This document shows, one piece after another, positions 24,979-35,518 of a stretch of DNA of 36,276 nt. Position 1 is the stretch's first letter, and every line of letters starts with the position of its first letter. This DNA is from a virus. Taxonomy: Duplodnaviria > Caudoviricetes. Below the pieces are notes generated by a model. The model had not been told where the DNA came from. It made no database searches and worked only from the letters and a program-made list of their open reading frames with translations. A program made the position numbers and the translations under genes. The DNA lies in the IMG/VR virus record IMGVR_UViG_3300014775_000384, positions 1 through 36,276 of that record; one strand, 5' to 3'.

Positions 24979-26796
24979 TCAGTATTGTGAGGCGTCAACC
25001 CCACCTGAACCCTCATTCCCGCCAGTCCGCTGGAAGTATTCATCGTTGAACACCTTCGGGTCCACCCCGGTCTGCTGTTCAATCATCGTCATCAGAGCGT
25101 TCTCTCCGGCAATCAAGGAGTTAAGAATCTCATCGAAGGTTGGGATGTCATCAACTCTGCTGGCCATATAGAGGCTAGACCCATCTTCTCCTCCAGCTCC
25201 CGTTCTTGGGATGACAAGCTTGGAGCCCTTTCTTCTCATTGAGACGCGAGCATCCTCATAGGTTTTTCTTTCTGCCTCGAGTTCAGATTGCTGCTGTTTC
25301 AATGCGGCCTTTTCTTCGCTTGTCTGCCCGGGGACCTTGAGTTGCTCTACAACCCTATCGAGCTGTCTGTCCAAGTTGTCAATCTCTTCGCCGTAAGCCT
25401 TGGCCATCGCATCGCGCATTGGCTTTGACTCAATGTCAAACGCAACAATGTTTTTGTTTTCGTCGAACTGGATGTTCGTAATCTTCGAGTTGGTCTCTTT
25501 GTATCGGAAGTTGAGTGGGGAGTTCCGGAAGTCAAGAATACTTCCCTTCTCTCCCGTCTCCCTCTGCTTATCACCAACAGTAGTGTAAAGGTTGATGTCG
25601 CGGAATGATGGGATGTTGTCAGTAGACTTCCATCCTCCACCAAAGCTAAGACCCCCGCCGCCAGTTGGCGATGGCTGGTACTGGTTCTTCAGCTTAAACA
25701 ACGTCTGGTCAGCCGTGTTGGTAATCTGGTAGCTCAGTGCCTCCTGCCTGTTCTTAATTGCCGCTGCAGCCTGAGGACTCAACCCTCCGTCGCTTACGGC
25801 ATCATCTACATTGGGGAACGCAACGGTAAACTTACCCTCTGGGTTCTCTTCCGTAGGCTCAGTGTATTCGAGCTTCCAGTCAGTCAAGAACTTGCTGTTA
25901 GAGTAGAGGTCAATGCCGCCATAGTCAGCTGCCGCCTTGTTCATGTTGTCAACATTCAGGTTCTCCACTCCATAAGAGTAAGCACCGTACTGTGTTGACA
26001 CCGCGTCCACAAAGGCAGCTGGGTTGGCCATCATATCAGTTCTCAATCTTTGAGCGACACGCGAGCCAACGTACTCAGAGTTGATACCCTTCTTTCTGTC
26101 ACCTCTGATGGAGAAGATGTCAGCATCCCCTTCGAGCTGCTTGGCGTAGGTGTCGCTAAGTGGGGCGAACATAAAGTCCGTACCCGGCGCCCGACGGGAA
26201 GCAATAAAGTTTCTTCCGTTCTGACCAAACACGCTTTCGTTTACAAACGTAGACTGCAGGTATTCGACAGCTTCGCCATCTGCTCCGGGCACCATGATTC
26301 TACCACCAACAACTTCAAAGGGAATCTCTTGGTTAAAAGCCTTAGCCTCGGCTACAGCCTGAGCTCTTGTTCCAAGAAGGTCTTGGTCAAGCGAACCTTT
26401 GTTCAAGTCGTTGACTTCCTTTTGGTAGTCTGCTGTGATGGCTACGGCATTCTCTTTGATAACCGAGTACTGGCTAAATGCTTCGTCAGCCTTCTGCTTG
26501 TTTGCTGCAGTAGGGTTGGCAATAGCCGTTTGCCGAGCATTCTCCCAAATGTCATACGAAGCCTGAAGAACGCCGTTGTGCCTATCCATCACCTTGGTTC
26601 GGTTCTCGAACCCACGGATGCCCTCTCTGGCTTTCTTATCCTGCTCGTCTTTTGCTTTCTTTTGAGCGTCCAGATACTTCAGAGTCAACTGGTCATAGTT
26701 GGCCCCTAGAGCTGCGAAGTCGGTAGGCTGCAGAACAAAGTCTGTCTTGTTCTCGTAATACCCACCTTGATTGAACTTTCTCTTACTTACCTTCAT
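24979..26796 (-). CDS. putative internal virion/ejection (cargo) protein
   Basis: 605 aa, helical and Ala/Gln-rich, N-terminal KFNQGG; lies between the muzzle and the giant protein. Confidence 0.8.
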   Translation of the reverse strand: MKVSKRKFNQGGYYENKTDFVLQPTDFAALGANYDQLTLKYLDAQKKAKDEQDKKAREGIRGFENRTKVMDRHNGVLQASYDIWENARQTAIANPTAANKQKADEAFSQYSVIKENAVAITADYQKEVNDLNKGSLDQDLLGTRAQAVAEAKAFNQEIPFEVVGGRIMVPGADGEAVEYLQSTFVNESVFGQNGRNFIASRRAPGTDFMFAPLSDTYAKQLEGDADIFSIRGDRKKGINSEYVGSRVAQRLRTDMMANPAAFVDAVSTQYGAYSYGVENLNVDNMNKAAADYGGIDLYSNSKFLTDWKLEYTEPTEENPEGKFTVAFPNVDDAVSDGGLSPQAAAAIKNRQEALSYQITNTADQTLFKLKNQYQPSPTGGGGLSFGGGWKSTDNIPSFRDINLYTTVGDKQRETGEKGSILDFRNSPLNFRYKETNSKITNIQFDENKNIVAFDIESKPMRDAMAKAYGEEIDNLDRQLDRVVEQLKVPGQTSEEKAALKQQQSELEAERKTYEDARVSMRRKGSKLVIPRTGAGGEDGSSLYMASRVDDIPTFDEILNSLIAGENALMTMIEQQTGVDPKVFNDEYFQRTGGNEGSGGVDASQY

Positions 26797-28084
26797 ACTT
26801 AGCTGCGTCTTTGTGGAACTTGTTCAGGGTCTTGCGAACAAACTTGTGCAATGGTGAGTTGCCTTTGGTTGCTTCTCTTGCCATCTGCTTTGCCTGACGC
26901 GGGTTGAAGATGTATTCACCCCCTGTCATCTCTCCAATCTTAGTTCCCTCTTGTACGATGTCAATAGGGTTGGTCTCGTGGGAGAACTCTCCCGGCGTAA
27001 CCTTTGCGCCCTGCTCTGCGCCAAAGGTGACAGCGGTTCTTGCGATACCCGCTGCCGTACCTACGATACCCTGAGCAATCTGCTGTCTAGCGTACTGCTC
27101 TCTAGCCTGCTCTGCCTTGAGATTGTCGTACGCCATGCCGATGTCAAACGTAGCACGCTGCTCTCTTCTTTGAATCTCGCGCTCTCTCGCCTGAGCCAAA
27201 GTGCCAAGTGCGCTCATCTGAAGTCTCTGCTGCTGCAGTATCTCTTGTTGCTGGGCGCGTTGCGCTTGCGCTGTAGCTGCAAGTGTAGAACCCAAGCCTC
27301 GGGCTCCGTATTGCGCAGCGGCTGCCACATTGGTTGCGAGCCCACGGTTAATGTCTTCTACACGCATGGCCATAAGTCTCTGGTCATAGGCCTCCTTCTG
27401 CATGTTGTAAAACTCAACAGGAGTGCCGAGCCCGGGACGATTAGCGTAAGCATCTCTAACGCCTGCCTCTGCGCCTGCGATGTCTACGTCCTTGAGAGCT
27501 CTTGCTCCCATGACGATGTTGGTAATACCGCCTACAATCTGACCAACTCCAGTGGCCGCCCCAGCCGCATCGAAAGACTTTTCCTGACCTGCCGTGGTGT
27601 CGTCGCCCACTTCAGGGGTCTCTGGCGTTTTGGGGGTTTCGGGCGTTCCGGGGGTCTCTGCAGTTTTAGCCTCCCCCAAAGGAGGCGGGTCTGTTTTGTA
27701 CTCATCGGGAATGAATGGACCAGAAACACCCGGGTCTTCTAGAGTGCGTGTGTCAAACCCACCCGTGTAATCTGTCTGTGGGATTCCGATTTCACTAACC
27801 TCGTTTGTCCCGCCGGGGCTGATTGACATTGGGTCAACCTGTGGTACTCCGATGGTGTTTTCATACCCGTACATCATGGGCAAGTCTTGACCGCTGTCAA
27901 TCCCGCCCGGGTTAGGGTACATTGAGGCATAGCCCTGTGCGTATGGGGGGACGCCCAAATCGCCCCGAGGACCTGCGATTCTGGGAGCCATGTTGTACCC
28001 AAGGTCAGCGGCTACATCGGAGTGTCGATAGGCATTGAACTCCGGTGTGCCGGGCGTATATGGATTGTACTTAAAGTTGGCCAT
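26783..28084 (-). CDS. putative ejection/pilot-like cargo protein
   Basis: Pro-rich N-terminus, Gly/Ala hydrophobic helices flanking a Gln/Ala coiled coil, C-terminal FSH..NPI...EMTGGEYI domain. Confidence 0.8.
   Translation of the reverse strand: MANFKYNPYTPGTPEFNAYRHSDVAADLGYNMAPRIAGPRGDLGVPPYAQGYASMYPNPGGIDSGQDLPMMYGYENTIGVPQVDPMSISPGGTNEVSEIGIPQTDYTGGFDTRTLEDPGVSGPFIPDEYKTDPPPLGEAKTAETPGTPETPKTPETPEVGDDTTAGQEKSFDAAGAATGVGQIVGGITNIVMGARALKDVDIAGAEAGVRDAYANRPGLGTPVEFYNMQKEAYDQRLMAMRVEDINRGLATNVAAAAQYGARGLGSTLAATAQAQRAQQQEILQQQRLQMSALGTLAQAREREIQRREQRATFDIGMAYDNLKAEQAREQYARQQIAQGIVGTAAGIARTAVTFGAEQGAKVTPGEFSHETNPIDIVQEGTKIGEMTGGEYIFNPRQAKQMAREATKGNSPLHKFVRKTLNKFHKDAAKYEGK
27611..27658 (-). 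repeat. xTP tripeptide tandem repeat (ETPGTPETPKTPETPE)
   Basis: 9-nt-period degenerate repeat within the CDS. Confidence 0.8.
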
Positions 28085-28096
28085 ACTGCAAATTTA
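28085..28096 (-). promoter_or_regulatory. TAnnTTTG promoter abutting the start codon and overlapping the muzzle stop
   Basis: - strand reads TAAATTTG-CAGT-ATG; 13 nt identical to 12601-12613. Confidence 0.7.
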
Positions 28097-31000
28097 GTTA
28101 ACTCTGTCGTTATGAAGGCGTGAGCGCTCAAAGATAGCATTGATAGCGTAGAGCTCGTCCTTCTGAGTAGAAGAGTTTGTAAGTCTAATTTTTAGATAGT
28201 AGTCTCTTAGGCGGTCACCTGCGATGTGCTGTGCGTCCGCTCTGCTTTGAGCAACAAGGATGTCACCTACGTTGATGCCAGTGTTTGCACTGACGTTGAG
28301 CGTGTTTCTATCCTTGACACTTGTAATCGTGCGGCCTGTGTCTGTGCCTGCGGCAAGGAACAGCCTGTCCCCTGAGTTGAACGGGATGTTGTTCACCCTG
28401 CCCTTGAACTTAATCTCCCCGGGTGTAGACACGTCGGTCACCTCACCAATCGTAATCTCGTCCAGACGGCTAGAGGTGCTCGTGTCTCCCGGCATGTTGC
28501 AGTACAGCATGCCTTCCCTGAATCCCTCTCCCTCTCTAAGCGTACCGTCGATGTCTTGGTCCTTCCACATGTTGAGTGTAATAGTGGATGACTGGTCAGA
28601 GTTAGATAGCTCGGCAGACCAAACAGAGTTGCCTTCAAGACTGAGAGCCTTGTACACTTTAACCATGGATGGGTTAATCTTGGAAATAGCTTCGACGATA
28701 GAATTGTACTGAACGCCGTAGTAGTTGTTGACAACAGCCAAGTCGTCGTGTCTCCAAGGCTTGCCGCTCGCAAAAGTCAAGAAGTCCTCAAAGATGCCAA
28801 TGATGTCCTCTGGCTCAAACGAGTACTTAGACGTCCAGACTTTGGACTCGTAGTTGTATCCAATAGAGCCACGCTCAGCCACAGCCACAGCTCCCTTAGA
28901 AGCCGTGCCAGTACTTCCGCCTCGACTCGACCCTCCCGCAGACTCATCAAGAGTTCCCAAGCGTGACTTGATTCCCTGAGTCATCTTAGCGAAGAAGTTG
29001 CCGTCTTTGTCTGTTACAAGGAAGTCGTGGGTTGTCTTTGGAGTAAGGTTGGCGTCCACGTAGCCTATCTCTCGGGGCTGGTCTACAAGCACGACACCCT
29101 TCCCGGCCTGCTCCCAATCCAAGAATACATCCTCCCAGTTTTGTCTTTCGTTGACAATGTCGAGTGGCGAGCCCGCAATCTTGTGGACCTTCTTCATCAT
29201 TGTCAAGTCAAACTTGCTGTTGTCGTCTTTGTCCACGGGCAAGTTTCTGCCGTAAGAGGTGCCGTCAACACGGATGTCTCTTCTGTCTCTGCTGTTGACA
29301 GCAACAATAATTTCTTTGTTGTCGGGGTGTACGCCAATCATCGTGGCACCATACGCCATAGAGCCTTGAACCTTTTCAAGTCTTTCTTTGAAGTAGGAGT
29401 CAACCTTTCTGTCGCTGATAACCTGAATGCCGTTGCCGCCAAGCATGCACACAGTGCCCATCTCAACATCTACAAAGAAGACAGTTCCCCCAAACGACAC
29501 AGCACCACGGCTGTACTTGCCGATGCCGTGGTCTCCTGCGTAATACCTTTCCGTACCCAGCACCTTGTTGGAAGCAATCATCATGCCTCCATCAGCGGTT
29601 GCCAAGTAGTCTCTGCTCACTGGTGTTGAAGACACCTTTCTCTCGTGGAGCATGGCGATACCCCCGCCCATGTCAAACATTCTCTGGATACTTCCGTACC
29701 TAAGATTGTAGTCCTTGAACGGGAACATGGCAGGGTTGAAACTAGAAAGAGCGAGTACCTCTCCGTCAGATGCGTACGGGTCGCTGTACGTGACTGACGA
29801 ACTACGAACGCTCGTCTGCTCATCGGGGCTGTAGATGTGTGGCCTACCGTAGTGGTAGTTTCTTGTCACAGTAGATGGCAAGAAGTCATTGAAGCCGGGG
29901 TCCTCTATATTCCTGCGAATGAAGTTTGCGTCTGTAGCGTTGGTAAGCTGACCCGGGTCGTAGCTCCCAGCAATCACAGCAGATGTTCTCATGTCTCTCT
30001 GCCTGAAGTATGTGTCCCCTTGGTCAGTCAGATGCACGTTAATGTTTACAGCATTCTTCGTAAAGGCACACTTGGCTGCTCTTGATGAAAGCTCGAAGCC
30101 GTCGGGGTTGCCGCCGAACTGCTCGGTGTGAATCTGGAACTGGCTGCCTGACGTGTTTGGTGTTTGGGTGCCCGGACCTGTGTAGGGTGTTGACTCGAAC
30201 ACCTCGTACTCGTAGTATTCTGTATCGGTTGCTTGGTCGTAAAATCTTCCACGAACTCTTTCTACCGTAAACACGTTTGACTCATCCGGGTTGTCTGCGT
30301 TCAGCGGGTCGCCACCAAAAGTATCAACCGGGTTGTCAAATCCAAAGTACCCCCCTCCTGCAATGTCTTCATAGGTCGCCAGCTTGACAGCATGAAACGT
30401 ATCTCCCCTGAACAGTCTTTGCGTAGAGTTACAGATGTTGCTAGTATTGTTGATAAATACTACGGGCAGTTCTTGAGAATAGTCCACGGCATCCTTAGAG
30501 TCCTTCTGTACGGGGAAAGATTCGCCAATCTCGTAGTACACTCTGTCTTCATCAACAACGTCGATGCGCGGGCGAAGGATTTCAATTCTAACATCCTGAC
30601 CCCACTTGTTGGCGGTAGCGTTGCTGTTTCTAATGTCTGAAGGCCTGAATCCCGGGTACTGAATGTTGTCCCCTCTGAGAATCAACATCCATCCTGAACG
30701 ACGGTACTCGCCTTCTGCCGTAAAGTTTCCATCTTCCTGATTAGGAAGTACCAGTACATTTTGCTCTGAGTTTGCTTGGAAGTACTTGTATCCAAGGACG
30801 TCAAAGAAATAGTTCTTTGGGAACTGATTGACCAATGTTTCGTTTGACCCGGCTCCTGCGTAACTGATAATCCTAACCTTATCTCCCGGCCTGAACTCAT
30901 AGCTGAGTCTAGCGCTTTTAGATTCTTTGTAAGAGTCAACCTTGCCCTCGAAAAATCTCATGGGCAGGTAAATAGCGTTGTTGATAATACCGACAGATTC

Positions 31001-33841
31001 AGCAACAGCCATACTTGGGAAGTTGCCAAAGTTGACTTCGTCAGTCACACCTTCCTCAAGAGAGTCTGCGTCGACGTCATCCCCATCACTGAAGGACGGG
31101 TCTCTAATGACAACCTTCGACATATCCGCAACCAACGCTTCGCCAACAGTCATCGTCAAGCTGTCCTCAAAAAGTGAGTTGCCAGCGTAAACTATTTGAT
31201 AGCGCTCTGCCCAATCGGGAATGAACTCCTTGTCAAAGTTTACGTCGATGTCGTAAGGAACAAGGACATCGCTGCCGTTGCCTACAGGGGAGTCTGCTGA
31301 GCCGGAGAGCGGGACGTACGATTCTGGAAGCAGGTTCACATTGCTGCTTCTGTTTCTGTGGTCGTAGAACACAACGCCAAGCGGGTGGTGAGCTCCAGAC
31401 CTAAACGTCAGCCTGTTAACACCAATGTCTCCTGCAGAAGAAATGCTAGGAGTAAAGTATGATTCTGTTTCTTTTTGGTTTAGTTGCCAATCTAGAATTG
31501 CACTGTGGAAAACATCCCCATTGCCTTGCGCATCTTCGTTGCCGTCAATCCCAGCCGTACTAGCTTCCATGTCTAGTTGGATGCTGTCGGCAACGTCGTT
31601 CCCGTTCAACAGCGGCGTCGTTGTGTCCAACCCCCTAGGCTGGTCCTCGTAACCGAGTCCGTCGTTGTTGATGTACACAGCAGGGCCTGCGTGAGCTACC
31701 CGGTTGAATGTCATGCTCAGCTCCGACAGCTGGTACTGCACACGTAGTTGCAGGCTGCTGCCTCCGCCCCCCACCACAAAAGCGTTGGTCGCTCTAAAAT
31801 CCATGTACTGTGAATCCTGAGCGCCACCACTATTTGTGAGCAGGTATCTGCACATCTTTTGGTTACCTAGTCTGTCCAAGGTTGCAAAGAGGACAGCATT
31901 CCTTCTGTACGGATTGCCATGAGCGGTAGCGAATGCGGCACCAGAGACCCTGAATCCAAGGTTAGATTGTAAAATCTTGTTGGCTAGCTCCTGCGCAATC
32001 TCACCCTTTGTCATAGCCGCCTGAACATCAATCGTTGCGCTTTGAGTGTCAGAAAAGTTAGCGTTGATTCCTGCGATGCCGCAGACCTTTGCGTATCCAT
32101 AAAGCTGCCCTGACAACTCGAGGTCGTCGTTACTTGCGATACTTTCTCCCCCATGAAAGAGCTTGAATGTCTCGCTCTGTACTGAGTTGTCGTCTGCAGC
32201 CTCAGTGCCTTCAGGGAAAGGCTTGAACTTTCTATCGTACTCCCTCTTTCCTATTTGGCCGTCGTAGTTCGGGACAATCATTGCCCTTCTTCCCTCAACA
32301 GTCCAGTTAATCTCAAGCTGCCCTGCCACCCCATATCCATCAAGAGGAATGTTGTTTAGGTCAATTACAACCTCAATACGGTTGGTGTCACCCATACCCC
32401 AAGCCATGTTCGGCTCATACGCGCTGGCTGCTTGTGTTGTTCCGTGTGACCTAATTGCCCAAGGGACAGCGTTTGTGTCCCCAAAAAACTTCATCTCTTC
32501 ATTGCCACCATCTTCTCTGTCATAGACAAAGTATCCAAACAGGTTGTTGACGGCGCCGAGGTTCGTACCCGATGCCAATAGCGTATCGGTTCGAGGCTCC
32601 ATGTACACAAAATCAGGGTACTGTGTCTTATGGTTGGAGAGAGACTTGTACGCGTGGTCAGTTTCACCGACTAGGTCTGTTACAAACCCATCGCCGCTAA
32701 GGTTAACAGCAAGCTCCTCAATGCCTGCTGACACAGGGAACGAGTGGGTTGTCATTCCATCGTCCTTGATAAAATTTGGCCATGTAGTGGCGTCATATCC
32801 ATCTACATAGTTGCCAAAGAAGAGTCTGTTCTCTGATACGCACAAAGACTTGGCTTTGTAGGGGACGTTGTCGAACAGCTTGTTTGTCTCTGCATCACCT
32901 ACAATCCTGTAGGCCTTGGAGTTTGTGAACGTTTCTGCGAGAACATTCTCATCGTATGAAGTGAACCTTTCGGCAAAAATATGCCAAGCTCCAGTGTTCC
33001 CGCTGCGAGCAAGGAACCTGATTGCCTTAACATCACCATCTACGTTGTTACCGGTATCGCCGTTAAGCAAGGCCTTACTCACAAAAACCTGAATCGCATC
33101 GTACTGCGTCAGGTAGAGGTCGGTCATCGTTCCGGTCGGATTGAAATGGTCCTCGTAGTAGGATAGCTTAGAGTAAGGCCCGATGGCGGATACCTCACCG
33201 TCGACATAAACGTACTGAGCAGCGAACTGAAATACGTTGTCCACGATTCTGTTTACGACTGTCTCGTCTTCACCAGCCTGAATGAAGGTAAAGGTGGGGG
33301 GTCGCATGGGCGGCCTCTTACATACCGTGAGTGCATTTGACGCCGTAGTAGCTACGTCAATGGAACCGTCGTAGGAGTCGGAAAGGATTCTGCTGACGTT
33401 AATCTTTCTTGGCTCGTTAACGTTGTCGGTGAAGTACAGCAAGATGTCTCCATTGCCCATCTTCACGACCTCGCTTTGAATATGAGAGTTTTTCTCAAAA
33501 GCCAGAGAGCTGCTTTGGTACAGCTTCACAAAGTCGTGCTCAGCAATGTCGTACATGTAGATGCCGTGGTCGTCATTGCTATTCCACACGTAGTAGAACA
33601 CCACCCCTCCCGCCTCGTAGCTTACGCTAGAGACCGTGTAGTTTGTTCCAGCAGGGAGCTCGTCTCCCGAATTGCGGAATCGACCCTCTCTGTTTCCCTG
33701 AGCTTGCTTGATAACACCAGCATCCTCTTCGTCGGCCACGGAGATGTCGACATTAACCGCGTCTGTCATCTGGACAGACTGCACCAGTCGCTCGTCGTCA
33801 TCTAAGTTCAGATAACGAGGTGTCAGTTTATCAATAGCCAT
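28094..33841 (-). CDS. tail muzzle/stabilisation protein (crAss muzzle, P22 gp10-like) with large insertions
   Basis: LNLDDDERLV...DA.N, LYFTDN.NEPRKIN, FQFA..Y.Y.DGE.S...PYS, FDNVP.KA....NRL..GNY.DG, GVVFYD..NR, YGSIQ, W.S.YSF.P motifs; position after the ring proteins. Confidence 0.85.
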   Translation of the reverse strand: MAIDKLTPRYLNLDDDERLVQSVQMTDAVNVDISVADEEDAGVIKQAQGNREGRFRNSGDELPAGTNYTVSSVSYEAGGVVFYYVWNSNDDHGIYMYDIAEHDFVKLYQSSSLAFEKNSHIQSEVVKMGNGDILLYFTDNVNEPRKINVSRILSDSYDGSIDVATTASNALTVCKRPPMRPPTFTFIQAGEDETVVNRIVDNVFQFAAQYVYVDGEVSAIGPYSKLSYYEDHFNPTGTMTDLYLTQYDAIQVFVSKALLNGDTGNNVDGDVKAIRFLARSGNTGAWHIFAERFTSYDENVLAETFTNSKAYRIVGDAETNKLFDNVPYKAKSLCVSENRLFFGNYVDGYDATTWPNFIKDDGMTTHSFPVSAGIEELAVNLSGDGFVTDLVGETDHAYKSLSNHKTQYPDFVYMEPRTDTLLASGTNLGAVNNLFGYFVYDREDGGNEEMKFFGDTNAVPWAIRSHGTTQAASAYEPNMAWGMGDTNRIEVVIDLNNIPLDGYGVAGQLEINWTVEGRRAMIVPNYDGQIGKREYDRKFKPFPEGTEAADDNSVQSETFKLFHGGESIASNDDLELSGQLYGYAKVCGIAGINANFSDTQSATIDVQAAMTKGEIAQELANKILQSNLGFRVSGAAFATAHGNPYRRNAVLFATLDRLGNQKMCRYLLTNSGGAQDSQYMDFRATNAFVVGGGGSSLQLRVQYQLSELSMTFNRVAHAGPAVYINNDGLGYEDQPRGLDTTTPLLNGNDVADSIQLDMEASTAGIDGNEDAQGNGDVFHSAILDWQLNQKETESYFTPSISSAGDIGVNRLTFRSGAHHPLGVVFYDHRNRSSNVNLLPESYVPLSGSADSPVGNGSDVLVPYDIDVNFDKEFIPDWAERYQIVYAGNSLFEDSLTMTVGEALVADMSKVVIRDPSFSDGDDVDADSLEEGVTDEVNFGNFPSMAVAESVGIINNAIYLPMRFFEGKVDSYKESKSARLSYEFRPGDKVRIISYAGAGSNETLVNQFPKNYFFDVLGYKYFQANSEQNVLVLPNQEDGNFTAEGEYRRSGWMLILRGDNIQYPGFRPSDIRNSNATANKWGQDVRIEILRPRIDVVDEDRVYYEIGESFPVQKDSKDAVDYSQELPVVFINNTSNICNSTQRLFRGDTFHAVKLATYEDIAGGGYFGFDNPVDTFGGDPLNADNPDESNVFTVERVRGRFYDQATDTEYYEYEVFESTPYTGPGTQTPNTSGSQFQIHTEQFGGNPDGFELSSRAAKCAFTKNAVNINVHLTDQGDTYFRQRDMRTSAVIAGSYDPGQLTNATDANFIRRNIEDPGFNDFLPSTVTRNYHYGRPHIYSPDEQTSVRSSSVTYSDPYASDGEVLALSSFNPAMFPFKDYNLRYGSIQRMFDMGGGIAMLHERKVSSTPVSRDYLATADGGMMIASNKVLGTERYYAGDHGIGKYSRGAVSFGGTVFFVDVEMGTVCMLGGNGIQVISDRKVDSYFKERLEKVQGSMAYGATMIGVHPDNKEIIVAVNSRDRRDIRVDGTSYGRNLPVDKDDNSKFDLTMMKKVHKIAGSPLDIVNERQNWEDVFLDWEQAGKGVVLVDQPREIGYVDANLTPKTTHDFLVTDKDGNFFAKMTQGIKSRLGTLDESAGGSSRGGSTGTASKGAVAVAERGSIGYNYESKVWTSKYSFEPEDIIGIFEDFLTFASGKPWRHDDLAVVNNYYGVQYNSIVEAISKINPSMVKVYKALSLEGNSVWSAELSNSDQSSTITLNMWKDQDIDGTLREGEGFREGMLYCNMPGDTSTSSRLDEITIGEVTDVSTPGEIKFKGRVNNIPFNSGDRLFLAAGTDTGRTITSVKDRNTLNVSANTGINVGDILVAQSRADAQHIAGDRLRDYYLKIRLTNSSTQKDELYAINAIFERSRLHNDRVN

Positions 33842-34638
33842 TAGTACTTAGGCGCTTGCTTGAAGTTCTTACGAATCACGCGCAGTGCCTCATCCTTGTT
33901 GAATGTTCTCAGGCGTGCGTTGGCCTTGCGTCTTTCGTTGTAGTATTCTTGTCTTGCGCGTGCCTTCTCCGCATTGGGGACACCCCTCTTGCGCTCGATG
34001 ATTCGGAAGTACATGTATGCGCGAAGAGCCTCCTCTGCTTCCACAGGAACTTGAGGGTCCTTGGCTCTAGCCTCATCAGCCACGTACTCCACCACGATTA
34101 CACCAGTCGTACCTGAGTCTGTCTCAAGCCTGTTCTGGTCTCTGTTCAGTCTGTACTCGCCTGCGTAGATGCCGCCACCAAGACCGTAAGTCCGCCCCAC
34201 AGCTTGGTTGTAGGCGTAGTTGTTGAAGAGCATTGCCTCCTCCTCTCCGAGGATACCGCCACCGCTTCCGCTCGTGTCGTCCTCTCTGTCGAAAAATCCG
34301 TCACCATCACTGTCCACAGGGTCGTCCACGTTCGTGTAGGCCTGAGACATGTTGAGGTTGTTGTTCATGGCCAGCGGGTAAAACATCCCGTCAGAGCCTG
34401 CGAGTCCAACCCTTACGATGCTTGCAAAGTCATCGGGCAGGTTGTAGGTGCCGTTGGTTTCAGGGGACAGCTTGAGAGAGCGCACCTTGCCTGAGATGTC
34501 AAACCCAAACTCCCGGATGCCGCGAAGTGCAACCTGACGTAGAAAGGTTCTAGTCACATTGCCAGCATAGTCATCACCCTCAGTAGAAATGAGGAAGTCG
34601 TTGATGATGTCCGCTACGCCTACTAGGTTGTGTGCCAT
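33841..34638 (-). CDS. tail ring/tubular (head-tail adaptor) protein
   Basis: A.RG.RE..FD, LPDDF...VR, EY.AD, AEEAL.AY, A.LR motifs typical of crAss-like ring proteins. Confidence 0.75.
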   Translation of the reverse strand: MAHNLVGVADIINDFLISTEGDDYAGNVTRTFLRQVALRGIREFGFDISGKVRSLKLSPETNGTYNLPDDFASIVRVGLAGSDGMFYPLAMNNNLNMSQAYTNVDDPVDSDGDGFFDREDDTSGSGGGILGEEEAMLFNNYAYNQAVGRTYGLGGGIYAGEYRLNRDQNRLETDSGTTGVIVVEYVADEARAKDPQVPVEAEEALRAYMYFRIIERKRGVPNAEKARARQEYYNERRKANARLRTFNKDEALRVIRKNFKQAPKY

Positions 34639-34641
34639 CTA

Positions 34642-35487
34642 TTACTGTCTTTGTTCTTTAACGTCCTCCTGAGCTGCGTGCTGGTAGACCTCCTTGTCTC
34701 TGAGGTTCACACCGATTAACAATGCAAGCTCGTTTACCAAGTCCATCACGTAGTGGTCTGGCAATTCAAAGTCGATGCTGTTCGTGTCGTCGTAGACCTC
34801 CTTGTTGTTGGCCACGGTGTACGCGAACTTGGGGTACGAGGCTGAGAGCGCTCCTGTCGTGGTAACCCCTTCTGGGTTCTTGTAGTACACAAAGCTCACG
34901 CCGACCTCGTCAGCAGTGCCAGCCTCGGTGGTGTCCTTGTTAAGAATCAAGTCGTGAGGGTAGAGCTCAAGCGTAAGCCCTGTGATGTAACACGCAGGGA
35001 AAGCCTTGGTCGGTCTAGACAGTGTGCTAGAGAGAAGCGCTTGAAGCTTGTTCGCATCCTCGATAACCTCTACCGGGATAACCTCTGCGTTAGTCGATGC
35101 GTTGACTGCAGCACTAGCTTCTGGGGCAGTAATGGACGCAGCAGCTGGTTCGTAGAGAACCTCAATAACCCTGTTGAAGTTGGTAGGCAAAGCCAAGGGA
35201 ACATTCAATCTTGGGTATGTTGCATCTGGGTCTTCGTCAAGCTGAACCCTAGTGACGAACCTAGACAGGTCCTGCTTGAGCCCACGGATGCGAGACTCAG
35301 CCATGCCGGGGTCTGTGCCACGAAGGCGAGCAGCTTGGGCCCGCTCCAGCTCCATCCAGATGTTGTTGTACACCTGCTGCTGCGCAGTGCCCGCAAACTG
35401 ATTAAATACCGCAGGGGTGACGAATCCTCTCTCGTCTTTGTTTGCTAGTCCCTGAAGCGTTGTATAGACCTCTCGTACGCTGGCCAT
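34642..35487 (-). CDS. tail ring/tubular protein
   Basis: VY.T...LANK..RG..TP..FN..A..AQ and S.DFELP motifs; ATG 35487 lies downstream of the promoter. Confidence 0.75.
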   Translation of the reverse strand: MASVREVYTTLQGLANKDERGFVTPAVFNQFAGTAQQQVYNNIWMELERAQAARLRGTDPGMAESRIRGLKQDLSRFVTRVQLDEDPDATYPRLNVPLALPTNFNRVIEVLYEPAAASITAPEASAAVNASTNAEVIPVEVIEDANKLQALLSSTLSRPTKAFPACYITGLTLELYPHDLILNKDTTEAGTADEVGVSFVYYKNPEGVTTTGALSASYPKFAYTVANNKEVYDDTNSIDFELPDHYVMDLVNELALLIGVNLRDKEVYQHAAQEDVKEQRQ

Positions 35488-35507
35488 GTTGTTACTATTA
35501 CTATCAG

Positions 35508-35515
35508 CAAATATA
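35508..35515 (-). promoter_or_regulatory. TAnnTTTG promoter directly after the terminator
   Basis: - strand TATATTTG, 20 nt upstream of ATG 35487. Confidence 0.65.
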
Positions 35516-35518
35516 AAC

